Positions 13,550-27,400 of a stretch of 64,000 nucleotides of DNA are shown one piece after another. The stretch is from Nymphaea colorata (lineage: Eukaryota). Position 1 is the first letter of the stretch. Each line of letters starts with the position of its first letter. The notes below the pieces were generated by a model, which was given only the letters and a program-made list of their open reading frames with translations, had not been told where the DNA came from and made no database searches. A program made the translations under genes and the position numbers. The stretch is taken from contig NC_045138.2 of the NCBI RefSeq assembly GCF_008831285.2, forward strand, positions 42,346,001-42,410,000, given 5' to 3'.

Positions 13550-16130
13550 TAAGTTATTGTTTTACAGATTCCTCATAAATAATATTGTTTTGGGGCTTCG
13601 ATAGAACCGATACATTTTCCAAAGTGACGTTGTGTTTTATTAGTTTAAAAAAAAATTCCATAAAAAATAAAGTCCCTACTAATGAAATGTTTATGATTTT
13701 CAAGATCATATATATGTTAACTATTTTGATTGAGTGGGTAACCAACAAATACACATTTTGGGGCTCTAGGTGAAAATCTATCCTTTTTACCACTAAGATT
13801 TTTGTCATAACAAAGATACCCAAAGACACGTAGATCACCATAGTTAGGCTTCATGTTATAAAGAACCTCAAATAGAGAGTTCTTATCTAAAATTTCTGAT
13901 GGAATTCAATTAATCAGAAAGGTAGTAAAATACATTCACCAAAAATGTAATTGGTAAATTGGCTTGAAAATGAAGAGCACAGGCAACTTCCAAAAATGAC
14001 AGTTCTTTCTCTTTACACATCCATTTTGTTGATGTGTGGCAACACATGATTTTTGACTATCAATACCATGTAGATGAAAATAATCTTGCATATTTTGAGC
14101 GGTAAATTTTGCTCCATTGTCAGTGTACCCACACTTAGCATGGGTTTGAAATTGGTTCTTCATCATACAAGCGTATGTTTTAGATTTATATCACAATTGA
14201 AACACCTAAGTAAATCATGTAAAATCATCAATTATTGTGAAGAGAGGATGTGCACTAATATGTGATGTTGTGGCATATTCATCTCAAATGGCACAATGGA
14301 TTAGAGCAGAAAAGAATAACATGACTACTACTAATGGGAAGTAACAAACGTGTGAATTTGGCTTTATGTTTGGCATCACAAAGAAATTTGTATTTAGATA
14401 TAGTAATGTCCTTATTCAAAGAAAAATTTTTGTTAAAGGAAGGGTGCCCAAGCTTCATGTGCCATAGGTGAGCGTTATTCGTATGGACAACAGTCAAAGC
14501 GTGGGAGATGGATGGCAAAATGAGATGGTATAATCCTCTGTGTAGGTTACTAACTCCAATCAGCCTCTTCAATGAAAGGTCTTAAAATGCACAAAAAGAT
14601 TAGAAAAATAGCAACACAGTTGGACAATAAGTTATATTTGAATTGAGGTACATGTAGAACATTGGAGAGGATAAGTTGTCATAAAATAAGAACTTTACCC
14701 ATTTTTGTGACTAACATGTGTTGGCCATTAGGTAAGTCAATGACATGTGGTCTAGGGAGACGTTGGATGTCAAAGAGAATTTCAAATTGTGGCATCATAT
14801 GATCAGATGCTCCTATATAAAAAACCCAAGGTAAATAATATTTATGAGAATGGATATGAGGATCAGTCTTACCTGCGAGATTGGTGGCAGCAGGTTTTGC
14901 ATACACATTCAGCCAGAAAGCCAATGGGTTGAGTTGGTTTTCAGTCAATTGAGACAAAATATTATTAGATGGAACCACATTTAATCCACCTCTTTGCTTC
15001 TCTTTCCAGTCCTTGACTTTACTGATGTTGCCCCCGCATTGGCATGATGTGGGGGGTAACCATGCAAAGAATGCATTTAGATTTAGTGTGACAGATCATA
15101 CCACAATGATCACACTTACAACAAGGCCTCCTATTGTAGTTCTTGTTGCCTTATAGTACCCTTGTTGAGGATATTTGGCAGCTACCTTAGATGATGTTTC
15201 CACATAAAGGGTGACATTTTTTTATGGAACTAGTTGAGAATAGAGCCAACTTCATTGATATTTGGTGTGGTTCTGTAAAGAAAATGCGACTATGGATACC
15301 ACTAAAACTTCATTGTGGTCCATCCAGAATTGATAAACCTTTGTACAATCTTGACATAAATTGAATATTCAAAGGTGCCACAAGTACATGACAGAATAGT
15401 AGAATAAGTGCAAGTCATCCCATAAGTTATTTAAAGTGGTAAAACATGTAGCCAAGTCAGATTTAAGCTTCTTAAGTTGATGAATATGACCAAGATTACC
15501 TTGAAAAAGAAAAATCATCAAGGTTGATCCATACCTGCCTGGCCTTGTTAGCATAGATGATGATGTTGGTGATTTCCTTGGAAAGCGAGTTGACGATCCA
15601 AGACCAGACCATATCATTGCAATGATGCCAATCCTTATAGTTGACACTCGATATGGCTGGTTTGTAGATTGATTTGTCCTCCAAATCAAACTTTTTTTTT
15701 TTTGCAGTGACTGCCATTTTTATAGCTCGCTTCCATGTTAAGTAGTTATCTCATATTGAGGGATTGGAGACCAACGATGCACCAAGATTATCCGAATGGT
15801 GCAGAAAATATAGTGAATGATTGTGTCTGGTTCATTATGCCTGCCATTGGTGGGAGAAATGGTGTTGTGAATGTTTGAAGCAGCCAAGAGGGGATAATAT
15901 GGAGAATGAGAAAAGGGAGGGACCTCTCTAGTTTTCTTTAGTGCTTTGATACCATAAGAAATCTTGTGAGGCTGGATAATATTTTTCACATTTCCTTGAC
16001 TTGTAATATATATAAGTGTTGGAATAGCTATCAACTTAGATCCACAATTTTAGGAATAAGAAGGTTACAAAAAATCTATATTAAAATTTAACATTACACC
16101 AAGATATGAAAGGAAGATAAAAATGATAAT
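13550..16130 (-). mobile_element. 5' half of a degenerate Ty1/copia element (LTR remnant, PBS, gag, PR, INT)
   Basis: PBS tggtatcaaagc at 15943-15954 (-); gag NDMVWSWIVNSLSKEI; PR WVFYIGASDHM; LWHMKLGHPS; TDNGAKF...QQNGCVKRK. RT/RH absent; LTR extent uncertain. Confidence 0.85.
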
Positions 16131-16574
16131 CTCATTCTTGATATAATTGTCTCCTTGCTGCTTTCTTGACAAACATCCTTAGATTATATATCGTCGATTT
16201 CGCTGCTTCTTCCAGCCTCTCCTCCAATATCAGGAGATTGAGTTGCATGCATGGGGTGTGCATGCAACAAATATACAACAAGGAAAAAGAAAGGGTTTGG
16301 GGTATTTTGAATTTTTTTTGTAAATAAATGTACATTTTAGACTTTTAACTTTTTTATAACCTTTTTTGCCCTTCTAAAAATCTCTTTTTTAACATTTTTG
16401 GTGGTATTTTGCTTACTAGACAACCCTGTGCACACAATTTTTTGTGCACAAGGGTGTGCATCTAACCTGTTTCCCAATATCAAAAGAAGCAAGAAAAGGA
16501 AGACAGTGAAGAACACTAGTCTGGCGACAGCAAATTCAGGCGCTTGCAAAGCAATTCCTTTCATTCATTTAGCT

Positions 16575-19500
16575 TCACTTGCTAATTACATTTACGATAC
16601 TCATTTAAATTATTATAATGACAAGTACGTAATAATATGAATGAGATTGATGTCTTTCGGTTGTTCAACTGTAATACACCAAATGGGTTGAACTTGAAAT
16701 TATGTTTATAAGTATTGGTTTAAATTATTATAATTACAAGTAATGGGACATATAAGATTTAAGTACATCAAATCATTTTAAGTTGCACTTATATTTATAG
16801 TGGTTTATTTAAATGTTTATAATTATAAGTATGCAATAAAAATGACACAAACTATATTTACGTCAATCCTTTGCTCAATTATATTTCATGCACTAAGTTT
16901 TAACATGTAATTATATTTATAAAAATTTATTTAAATGGATATAATTGCAAGTATATAATGATATGAATGGGATTCATGTCCTTTTTCTTTTTGAATTTAA
17001 GTTGATCCAATAACTTTAACTTGTAACTACTTTTATATCAATTCATTTTAAATGATTATAATCACAAGCATATAATGTTACCAATTAGATTTAGGTCCTT
17101 AATTTGTAAAATTATAGCTCATCAAATGACTCCAACTTATAATTATATCTTAATTGCTTCTATATTGATTAATCTAAATAATTATAATCACAAGTATGTA
17201 ATGGTACCGAGTAGATTTAGGTCATTCATTTATACAATTATAGTTCATCGAGTAAGTTCAACTTATAAGTACATTTATAGAGATTATTGAATGATTATAA
17301 GCAAAAGAGCGTAATGTTACAAAGTAATTTTAAGTCCATGATCTTTTTAATTATAGTTTGTTTAATAAGTTTTACTTACAATTACATCTATAGAGATTCA
17401 TTTAAATAATTAAAATTGCTAGTGCTTAATTATACAGACTGGATTTATGTCCATTGTTTACTCAAGTGCAGTGCTTCTAATAAGTTTAATTGTAATTACA
17501 TGTATAAATATTCATTTAAATGATTGTAAACATAGGTACCTAATAATGCAAAATAGACTTAAGTCATTTGCTTGCTCAATTATAGTTTATTCAATGAGTT
17601 TAACTTGTAATTACATCTATAGATATACATTTAAAAGATTACAATCATGAGTACAAAATGATATGAACTATATTCAAGTCCATCATTTACATAATTATAG
17701 TTCATCCAATCAGTTTAATTTATAATTATTTATAAAGATTTATTTAAATTATCATTTTGTCAATTATTGTTTATTTAATGAGTTTAACTTCTAATTACAA
17801 TGATAGAGTTTCTTGTAAATTATTGTAATAAAAAAATACGTAATGATACAAAAGGAATTTAGGTAAATCGTTTGCTCAATTATAGTTCATCTAATTATTT
17901 TAATTGTTAGTAACATTTATAAATATTTATTTAAATGATTATAAACATAAGTACGTAATGATATGATGAAATTTAGGCCTTTAGCTTGCTCAATTATACT
18001 TAATTTAATGAGCTTAACTTTAAATTACATTTATAAAGATTCATTTAAATAATTATTGTCATGAGTACATAATGATAAGAATTGGATTTCTAGTCCATCA
18101 TAATTTACTCAATTATAGTTCATTCAATAAGTTTAACTTGTAATTTTAGTTGTAAATGTTTATTTAAAAGATTGTAATCATAATTACATAATAATAAATG
18201 CATGATTTAAGTTCATCATTTGCAAAATTATAGTTCATCCAATGAATTTAATTAGTAATTACATCTATTGAGGTTCATTCAAATTATCATAATTACATGT
18301 ACATAATGACATGAATTATATTCAGGTTCTTTGTTAGTTATATTTCATCCAATGAGTCTAACTTGTCATTATATTTATAATGATTCATTTAAATAATTAT
18401 AATTACAAATATATAATGATACAAACTATAATAAGTCTATTGTTTGCTTAATTGTAGTTCATCTAATGAGTGTAACTTGATATAATTATAGTGTATCTAT
18501 GAATTTAAAATATAATTATATATATATATACATTAATTTAAATTATTACAATCACATGTATATAATGACACATGTAGTCCTTTAAGTTCCATCATTTATT
18601 CAATATAGTTCTTTCAATGAGTTTAACTTATGATTACATTTATATAGAATTGTAATCAAAAGCATGTAATGATACAAATAGGATTTAGTTATATTGTTTT
18701 ATGCAATTTATTTTATCCAATTATTTGAACTTGGAATTACATTTACATTGATTCATTTAAATGATATGAACCACAAGTACACAATGAGATTTAAGTCTAT
18801 CATTTACTTAGTTCTACTTAATATAATGATTTTAATTACAACTATAAAGGTTCATTTGATTGATGATTATCATAAGTGCATAATGATACAAACATGATTT
18901 AGGTCCTTTCATTTGCTCTATATGATTCGATCAATGAATTTAATTTGTAATTACATCTACAGGTATTTTTTAAAAATGATTATCATAAAAAATACGTAAT
19001 AATACTTAGGTCATTTGTTTGCTCAATTGTAATTCATCCAAAAAATTTGACTAGTAATTACATTTATATAAATTCATTTAAATTATTGTAATGTCAAGTA
19101 CAACATCATACAAAATATTTTTAAGATTTAAGTCTATTATTTTCTTAATTATAGTTTATTGAATGAGATTAACTTGTAATTATATTTATAAAGGTTCACA
19201 TAAATGAATACAATCACAAGTGCATTATGGTACAGACTAAATTTAGGCCTTTTGTTTGCAAAGTTGTATTCCATCTAATGATTTTAACCTATCATTATAT
19301 TTATAGACATTCGTTTAAATGATTATTCAAAAACACGTGTTGATGTGAATGATGTTTAGGTTTTTTGTAGGCTTAATTTTAGTTCTTTAACTTGTAATTA
19401 CATATATGGAGATTCATGTACATTATTATAATCACAAGTATATATTCATATGGATTAGAATTCTGTCTATTATTTGATCAATTATAGTTAATTTAATAGG

Positions 19501-20180
19501 TTTAACTTGTAATTACATCTATAGCAATTTATTTAAATTATTATAATCATAAGTATGTAATAAAACAAACAAGATTAAAGTCTATCGTTTGTTCAATTAT
19601 AGTTCATCTAATGAGTTTAACTAATAATGATGTTTATAGATATCCATATAAATAATTATAATCGCAAATACGTAATGATACAGATGAAATTTAAGTCTTT
19701 TATTTGTTCAAATATAGTTTATCAAATGAATTTAAATTGCAATGACATTTATAGAGATACACTGAAATTTTTATTTAACATATAATTACATGTATATATA
19801 TTTATCTAAATGATTATAATTACAAGTACATAACGATACAAATGAGATTTATGTCTTTCATTTGCTCAATTGTAATTCATTCAATTAGATTAACTTGTAA
19901 TAATAAATGTAGCAATTCATTTAAATGATTATTATCACAAGTACGTAATGCTACAAATTTGATTTAGGTCATTTGTTTGCTCAATTATTATTTACTTATT
20001 GAGTTTAACTTGCAATTTTATTATAGAGAAATGATTATAATCAATGTATGTAAGAATGAAAATTAAGTCATTCATTTGCACAATTGTAGTTCATCCAATG
20101 AATTTAACTTGATGTTATATGTATTGAGATTCATTGAAATAAGAATTAGGTACATGATTTAGGCATTTTACTTGCACTTC
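16575..20180 (+). repeat. AT-rich tandem array, ~115-bp monomer, ~30 diverged copies
   Basis: Recurring ttcatttaaatgattataatcacaagt...gtttgctcaattatagttcatccaatgagtttaacttgtaattaca. Period of 115 measured at 17518/17633 and 19808/19923. Confidence 0.95.
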
Positions 20181-23100
20181 ATGGCTGGATTTATGTTTGC
20201 AAAATCTTAATGTATAGTGAATAACCAACAAGCAAGGCCAAGCTAGTGAGCATGTACTTGCTTGACGTCAATGACACTGAAAAATTAAAAATAGGAATTG
20301 TGTTCTATTGGAATTAGCTCAAGATAGCACTTCCATGACCGAAGGAAAAGATAATGCATTTGAAAAGTCTAAGTCAGCTCTTCCTCTAAAGGAATGCTTA
20401 TCCATTTCTATAAAACATAAAATTGCAAGTTAACTCATTGATCATTAGAGTATGTAATGATGCAAAAAACAATTTGTTACGACTTGACAATATGTCTTCC
20501 TGAATTATGAACCTATAGTGGCTCATTTACAAATTTACTTTTTGCATCCTAGCATTTTATCTCATTTAGGTATTTAGGCTACCTAAATTCATTTTCCTTC
20601 ATCTTCAATAAATCAGCTTGTTAACATATACATGGAATCTTAGGTTCACTCACGTCACTAATCATTGGGACCAAGAAGTGAGAATCTAAAAATGCAGGCA
20701 TTGGAAAGCATTTCAATGCCAAACATGTAGGAGACTTCCTATATTATGAAATCATACAGTTTATGTTCAGTTTGTGGGCACAAAAAAGTTTAAAATAAAA
20801 GAACGCTGGAAATATATGTCTAATCTTAATTTCAACTTACCTCCCAATTTTGACTTATGAACCAATCCTCAAATTCAGCCTGGGTGTTGCTTAAGTCACC
20901 ACTAGGAAGAGAGAGTTTCCGCTAGGGCTCCTCGCCCTTTTGGTTCACTTCATGTCCTACTGTGCATGGCCGTTGGCTCACCAATGGCCCCGCAACTACC
21001 ACCAGATTGTCCTGCTGGGGCCATCTAGGGAGCAAAGGTGATGGTGGATGTGCCATCCCCCTCTTCCACTTCTACTCATCAGCATCGCAAAGGACCAATG
21101 GACATTGATGTTGGTAACATGGCTTCTCATCTTGAAGAGGCGCCAATGGGAGACTCTTTGCCCAAACCGAAGGGGGGCATTCCCTTCTCATCTGCATGGA
21201 GCGATGGTTTTGGATGCTCCTGGGCTGATATAGTTGAGGGTTCTTCTCTGTTTAAGGTCGAGTTGCGAACTGAGCTAGAGATCATCCATTTGAAAAGGCA
21301 TAAATGTATCATTATATCCAAAGCCTCCTATGAGGCCATGAAAATCCTTTTAGGGATCATGGGTTGTTTCTTTCATGGAAATGAGGGAGCTTGCATTGAG
21401 GTCTGATTTACTATTAAAGCTCTAAAAAAGCTCTGGAAGACATCAAAGCCTCCTAAATTCATTGGCCTTGGAAAAGAGGGCTTCGTCATTCATTTTTTGA
21501 AGGAATATGCTATGTGAATGGCTTTAAATCCTGAGAGGAAAAAATGACGTTGTCGACCCATTCACATTAACCTTCAATCGGGTGGTTATGCCCGAATTTG
21601 TATATAAGTTCTGCTAAACTTTGAACCTGCCAATGAGGTGAAGATTGCCTTGGATGAAGGTGAACTACTGCTTCAAGTGATCCACTATGAGAGCAGAATT
21701 AGATACTACCCAGATGTAATTCCAACACACATCTTCCAGAGAAGTGCCAAATGACTCCAAGGGAAGGGGAGGGTCATGCTGACCAGATTTCACTTTCTCC
21801 TGCTTGGGTGGAAGTCCATAACAAGCGACATTGTTCCAAGACGTCTACCTCCAAACTGAAGGAGGTAAGTCATAGTCCTAAGAATCACTTTAGCATTTTA
21901 GAAAAGTTGATGATGATACGCCCCCAAAGTTTCCCCCTACCCTCAAGGGTTGACTATCTACTTCAATGGCAAAAGGTGGCTCCTGACCATGTGAAGAAAG
22001 ATACGGAGATGACTTTGCCATGTCCCCCAAAGGGCTCGACAAGGATTCTCCTCAAGCAGAAAGAGGTCAAGGCTTCAGTGGAGATTTAATGACCAACCTT
22101 CCTTGATAAGGCAGTAGTAATTCTCACATTTCCAACTGCTCTAAGAAAGCTTGGTTAAAACATTTCGGTCCTAGCCTCTTAGTGTCAGATCCTTTGTCGT
22201 CTTCCCTTGTCATTCTACCTTCCTCAGCTATGCCTTTAGAGCTTCGAAGAATCATGAGGTGTTGGAGCCATTTGAACCCTCTGATTAGATGATGCCTCTT
22301 GCAAAGAACCCTCATCATGGTCGGAACATGACTTCTCAGTTTAAGGAACTATATAAACCCTTGGCATCTCAAGATGGCCATTCCCTGGCAGAGATCCCCA
22401 ATGTCATCACCTTTTGTAGCAAGATACGGTGGTTAATATGCCAAGAATCAAACATGGGAAGGTTGGGCTCAATCTGGGTCCTCTGACTGCTGGTCAAGAT
22501 AACTCCTCCTCCTGCCCTCTCCTCTACCTTACTCTGAGCCAATGTGAGGTACCTTCACCCCTAAATTGCCCCACTCAAAAGACTATATCATGAGGATATC
22601 TCCTAGAACATCAGAGGCCTGGTCTGCCGTATAGTGCTTTATGCACTGTGCTTCATCCTGCTTTCTAATAAGCCTGATGTTCTATTCCTGTTTGATACGA
22701 TGTTATTTGAATCCAACCTTGTTTGACATGCCGGTAAATTTCCTTCTCATGCATGGCTCCTGAATGTTTCTCCATTGATAGCCTTGGGTAGAATCCTTGG
22801 AGATCATATTGGTTTTTTGTGCACTTTGATTTTTATTCTCTTTGTGGTTTTGAATTGAAGTCAGACAATTTCAAGTTTATTGTGGTGAAGCTTTATATGA
22901 TCCCTCAACCTCTGGTCTATGCAAGTCAGACTATTGTTCTATGCCAAATTATCAACAATATTGATCTTCTCTACATGTTGATTGGAGACTTTGATGCGTT
23001 AAGAAATAGTGCTAACAAAACTGGCCAGCTGCCTAATTAGAATTCGTGTGGTCACTTTAACTCATTTCTTTTGGATTGTAATCTCACTACGCTTGATGAT

Positions 23101-24232
23101 AGCATAATGCATTATACTTTGTATATTAATAGGATGGGTCAGCTGAAAATTCAATATAAAATTGACTGGTGTCTTCTAAACTCGCACTAGAGAAGCATTT
23201 TCAATGATTAATCGTCTCTACATATCTCCCCCATAGCAATTTCCAACCACAGCCTTCTCTCCATGACTATTCATGAGGCATTTGATCATAATTTTGGGAT
23301 TAGACTTTTTCAACGTATATGCATTTTTGGGGATCAAAGGATGCTTGTCAGGTCATTGTTGCTAACAAATGGGGAATCCCTGTGCATGGTTGCCTTATGA
23401 TCAAGTTGCTTCAAAAGATGGAAGTGTTTAGAAAGGGTTTTGCCAAGTGGAATGGGCTCCATATTTTGGCCAAAATCAGAAACCTCACCTTTGGAGTTAG
23501 ATGCCATTCAATCCATTCCAGTGTATGATAATCACTTTGCTAATGCTTTGAGACTATGTTGCGTCTTGAATTGTTTGAGGTTCTGGGTGATGAGGAACTG
23601 ATCTGAAAACAAAATGCTAAAGAAAAATGGGTAAGAGAGGGAGCCTGTAATAATTGTTACTTTCACAAACTAGTCAAGGGAAGAGGTCAGGGTAATCACA
23701 TCTCAAAGATAGAAGGTCCTAACGGTTGGACTCAAGATCCAACCAACATTCATGGGATTTGTGAGAACTTTTTCACCTCTCTTTTATCTATTTATTCTTC
23801 CCTTTCTGAGATTATGCCTGGCCTTAAGACTGGAGAGTCAGTCACTAAAGGGAAAACCACCTTCTCCTTGCCCCCATATTTAAGGATGGAGTGAAACAAG
23901 TAGTGTTCTCAATAAAAAGGTTTGGTGCTCCAGCTCTAGATGGTTTCGAAGATGGTGTTTCCAACAATTTTGTCATATCATTGGTATAGACATCTTCTTT
24001 TGCATTTTTATTTTTTTTGGAATGGGAAATTGGTTAAGAATGTTAACCGTTCCTTTATTGCGTTAACAAAAAAAGGGCAATGCTTCTAAGCCTAAAGATT
24101 TTAGACTTTTGCCTTATGTAATTACTAGTACAAATTCATACCAAGATTATGGATAATAGGATGAAATTGGCTGTTACCCACATCATTTCTGTGGAACAAA
24201 GTGCTTTTCTCAAAGATCATAGAATCAGGGAT

Positions 24233-24471
24233 TGTTGACGGGTTTTGTTGTCCGGGTCCGGATCCTTACCCGATCCGGTTTGTCCTAATTAGGACTACTT
24301 ATATCTCTGTAAACCCTAATCTTAGTGTTAATGAAGTTTTGAAGAGAGAGAGGTCTGGAGGCTAGTGGGCACCAGACCTCCTCACTCGTGGTTTTTCTTC
24401 CCTCGCGTTGAGGGTTTTCCACGTTACATCTGTGTGCTTTCTTCTACTCTCGTGCATATTTTGTTTCTACA
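24233..24471 (+). repeat. 5' LTR of young copia
   Basis: TG...CA; followed by PBS; matches 29250-29488. Confidence 0.97.
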
Positions 24472-27400
24472 TGGTATCAGAGCCGTCAGACTTGGAGAAA
24501 ACAAAATCTGTTTTTCTAGGGTTGTGAAGTTCCAACCCTGACTGCCGCCGCTACCACCATCGCCGTCGCTACCACCACCGCCGCCGCTGCCGTTGCTACG
24601 CCGCCGCTGTCGCCGTGCCGTGACATTGCCTCCGCCGCTGCCCCACCGTGGCCGTGACCGCCACTGCTGCGTCGCCGGTGTCGTGACCGCCACTGCTGCG
24701 TCGTCGGTGTCGTGACCGCCGAAGCCTCTCACACGACGATCGGCCGACGTCTGATGCCAATGTCTCTGCTGATGCCTCAGCCGACGCCGTCGCCTGTTCT
24801 CGGCGCGCGCTGCCCAGCGTCGCCTGTTCCGCCGAACGCAGTCTGATGCTCCCGCCGCTTCCGCTGTTGATCCCCAACTGCGTCATCTCCCCTCTTCTCT
24901 CGATTACTGCTGCTGTGTGTGTTCTTTGGCAGCCACTTCTAACTGGTGATCATGGCTGACTCGTCTTCTTCTTCAGTCAATACTAATCTTCCTGATGTTG
25001 TGTTTGCGCGGACTGATCATGTACCAGTTCAAGTTACCACCATTCAACTTACCAAGGAGAACTATTCACGATGGTCTGCTGCGATTACTATGGGGATTGT
25101 TGGGCGAGGACGCATTGCCTATGTGAATGGGAGAAAGGTTGAACCTGCTGTAGATGGTTTCTTGAAGACAACCAGGTAAAAACCTGGATTGTTAATTCAA
25201 TGTCCCCGGATATCCAACCCCTCATTCTTCGTATGAAGACTACAAGGGATATGTGGATTATTTTGGAGCAGATGTATGGTCAAAAGAAAAGGAAAGTTCG
25301 TGTGTATCAACTTATGAAGGATGTGTATTCCCTGCGACAAGGTGCTCTCTTGGTTGCAGACTTTTATGCAGCATTAAAATCTAAGTGGGAGGACCTTGAC
25401 TATCATTCTGATATTATATGGAGGTGTCCTCACGACCAGATGCAGTATATGATTGATAAATGGGAGAACAGGGTATTCATTTTCTTGTCCGAACTGAATG
25501 ATGACTTTGAAAATATAAGGAGTCACGAATCATTTAGTATTGAAAATGTCTATTCCTGAGTTGAAGCTGAAGAACAGAGAAGGCTGCTTTCTAGTGGACG
25601 AAAGGGGGAAGACCAGTCTGCCTATGTTAGTCGTGCCCCTGTGGGAACTCCTCGTTCTTTCCGAAAATATACACATTGCAAAAAACTTGGTCATACTAGG
25701 GATTTTTGTTGGGACCTGCATCCAGAGAAGAAGGATAGTAGGGGGAGGTCCTCTAGTGGGAAGAAGCCTGTATCGTCTGCAACAAGTCTGAGTGATGGGA
25801 AAGGTTCTATTTCTGCAGAACAGATTCGTGAGCTACGAGCATATTTGAGCAAGATTGATGTTGGTCAGGCAGATACACCAGATGAGGTGAAGATCAATCA
25901 GGCATTGGCTGTTTTAGGGGCCGAAGGTACTTCTTATATGGGTGAATGGATTGTTGACAGTGGTGCCACTCATCACATGACTGGCAACCTCAAGCTTTTC
26001 CATGACTACAAGCTATCCTCGGGAAAGGAACGTGTGTCCCTTGCCGATGGTTCCTTCACTTCTGTGGCAGGGAAAGGGAGTCTTTCCTTGTTAAATAATT
26101 TTTTAGTTCACGATGCCTTACATGTTCCCCATCTTCCCTTAAATTTGTTATCTGTTAGTAAGATTACAAAGGAATTGAAGTGTGAACTTATATTTTCTGA
26201 AAAATGTTGTGTTTTGCAGGACTTGGTGACATGGAAGAGGATTGGGATTGGTTTGGTGTCTGATGGGTTGTATCGGCTTCCTATACGCGTTGTCACAGCT
26301 CTTATGTCAGCAGTCAGCAGGACAGAGAAAAAGGAGGAAGAGTGTTGTCAGTTATTCTTGTTTTGGCATGAACGCCTTGGTCATCTCCCATTTGGGATTT
26401 TGAAACATTTGTTCCCTGAACTATGTTCTAGTTTAAACATTTCCATGTTATCATGTGATGTGTGTCAGTTTGCGAAGCATGTTAGAGCTTCTTATCCAAT
26501 TTCAAATAGTCGTTCTAATAAAGCTTTCTCCTTGGTTCATTCTGATGTGTGGGGGTCTTCGGGCATTCATTCTCGTGGTGGTTTTCAATACTTTATAACT
26601 TTTATAGATGATTATTCAAGGTGTACCTTTGTGTATTTGTTGAAAGATCGTAGTGAGGTGTCTCACATTATTGAAACTTTCATCCTCCTAGTAGAAAACT
26701 AGTATGAAAATTCTGTCAGGACTTTTCGATCTGATAATGCTCGTGAATATATGTGTCTCACTGTTGAAGAATTCTTTCGCAAGAGGGAGATTGTTCATGA
26801 GACATCCTGTAGTTAATGGGGTTGCTGAGAGGAAAAATCGTCAGTTGCTCAATGTCACCCAAGCCATATTGTTCCAAAGAAATCTCCCAAAATACTATTG
26901 GGGAGATGCAATCCTTACTAGTGTCTACTTGATTAATCGCATCCCTAGTTGTGTGCTAAATGGTCGTACTCCCTACTCTATGCTTCCAAGGAGTCGTCAA
27001 CTTTTTCACCTTCCTCATCGAGTCTTTGGATGTGTGTGTTTCATACATAACCACAGCCCAAATGTGAAAAAACTTGATCCCAAATCTATTAAGGGCATCT
27101 TTCTTGGGTATTCTTCCACTCAAAAAGGTTATAAATGTTTAGATCCCACCACTGGTCGTCTTCACATTACTAAAGATGTCACATTCTTGGAACATGTCTC
27201 CTATTTTGGTGAGAATTCTCTTCAAGGCAGAAGTTAATGTCTAAGGAAGAGTATTTTTCCACACAGGAAATTCAGTTTACGGACTTTATGGATTACAAGC
27301 GTGAAGAGAATCCTGTTGCAAAGGTGCTTGGCAAAGATGAAGAGGGGACGACTACTGATGTACATGAACAGGAGACGGAGGGAGAGCATCCTATGGTGAC

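Noticed and set aside
2390..16130. Copia RT half (+, 2390) and gag-INT half (-, 13550) as one element split by an inversion
   Set aside because: The putative LTR sequences at 3646 and 15955 show no visible similarity.
16233..16474. Possible MITE with tgtgca-rich ends
   Set aside because: Only partial terminal symmetry and no TSD established.
16575..20180. CRISPR-like array
   Set aside because: Head-to-tail diverged monomers without unique spacers, no cas genes, eukaryotic context.
24424..24886. Gly/Ala/Arg-rich antisense ORFs
   Set aside because: By-products of the GC-rich, tandem-repeated copia 5' leader.
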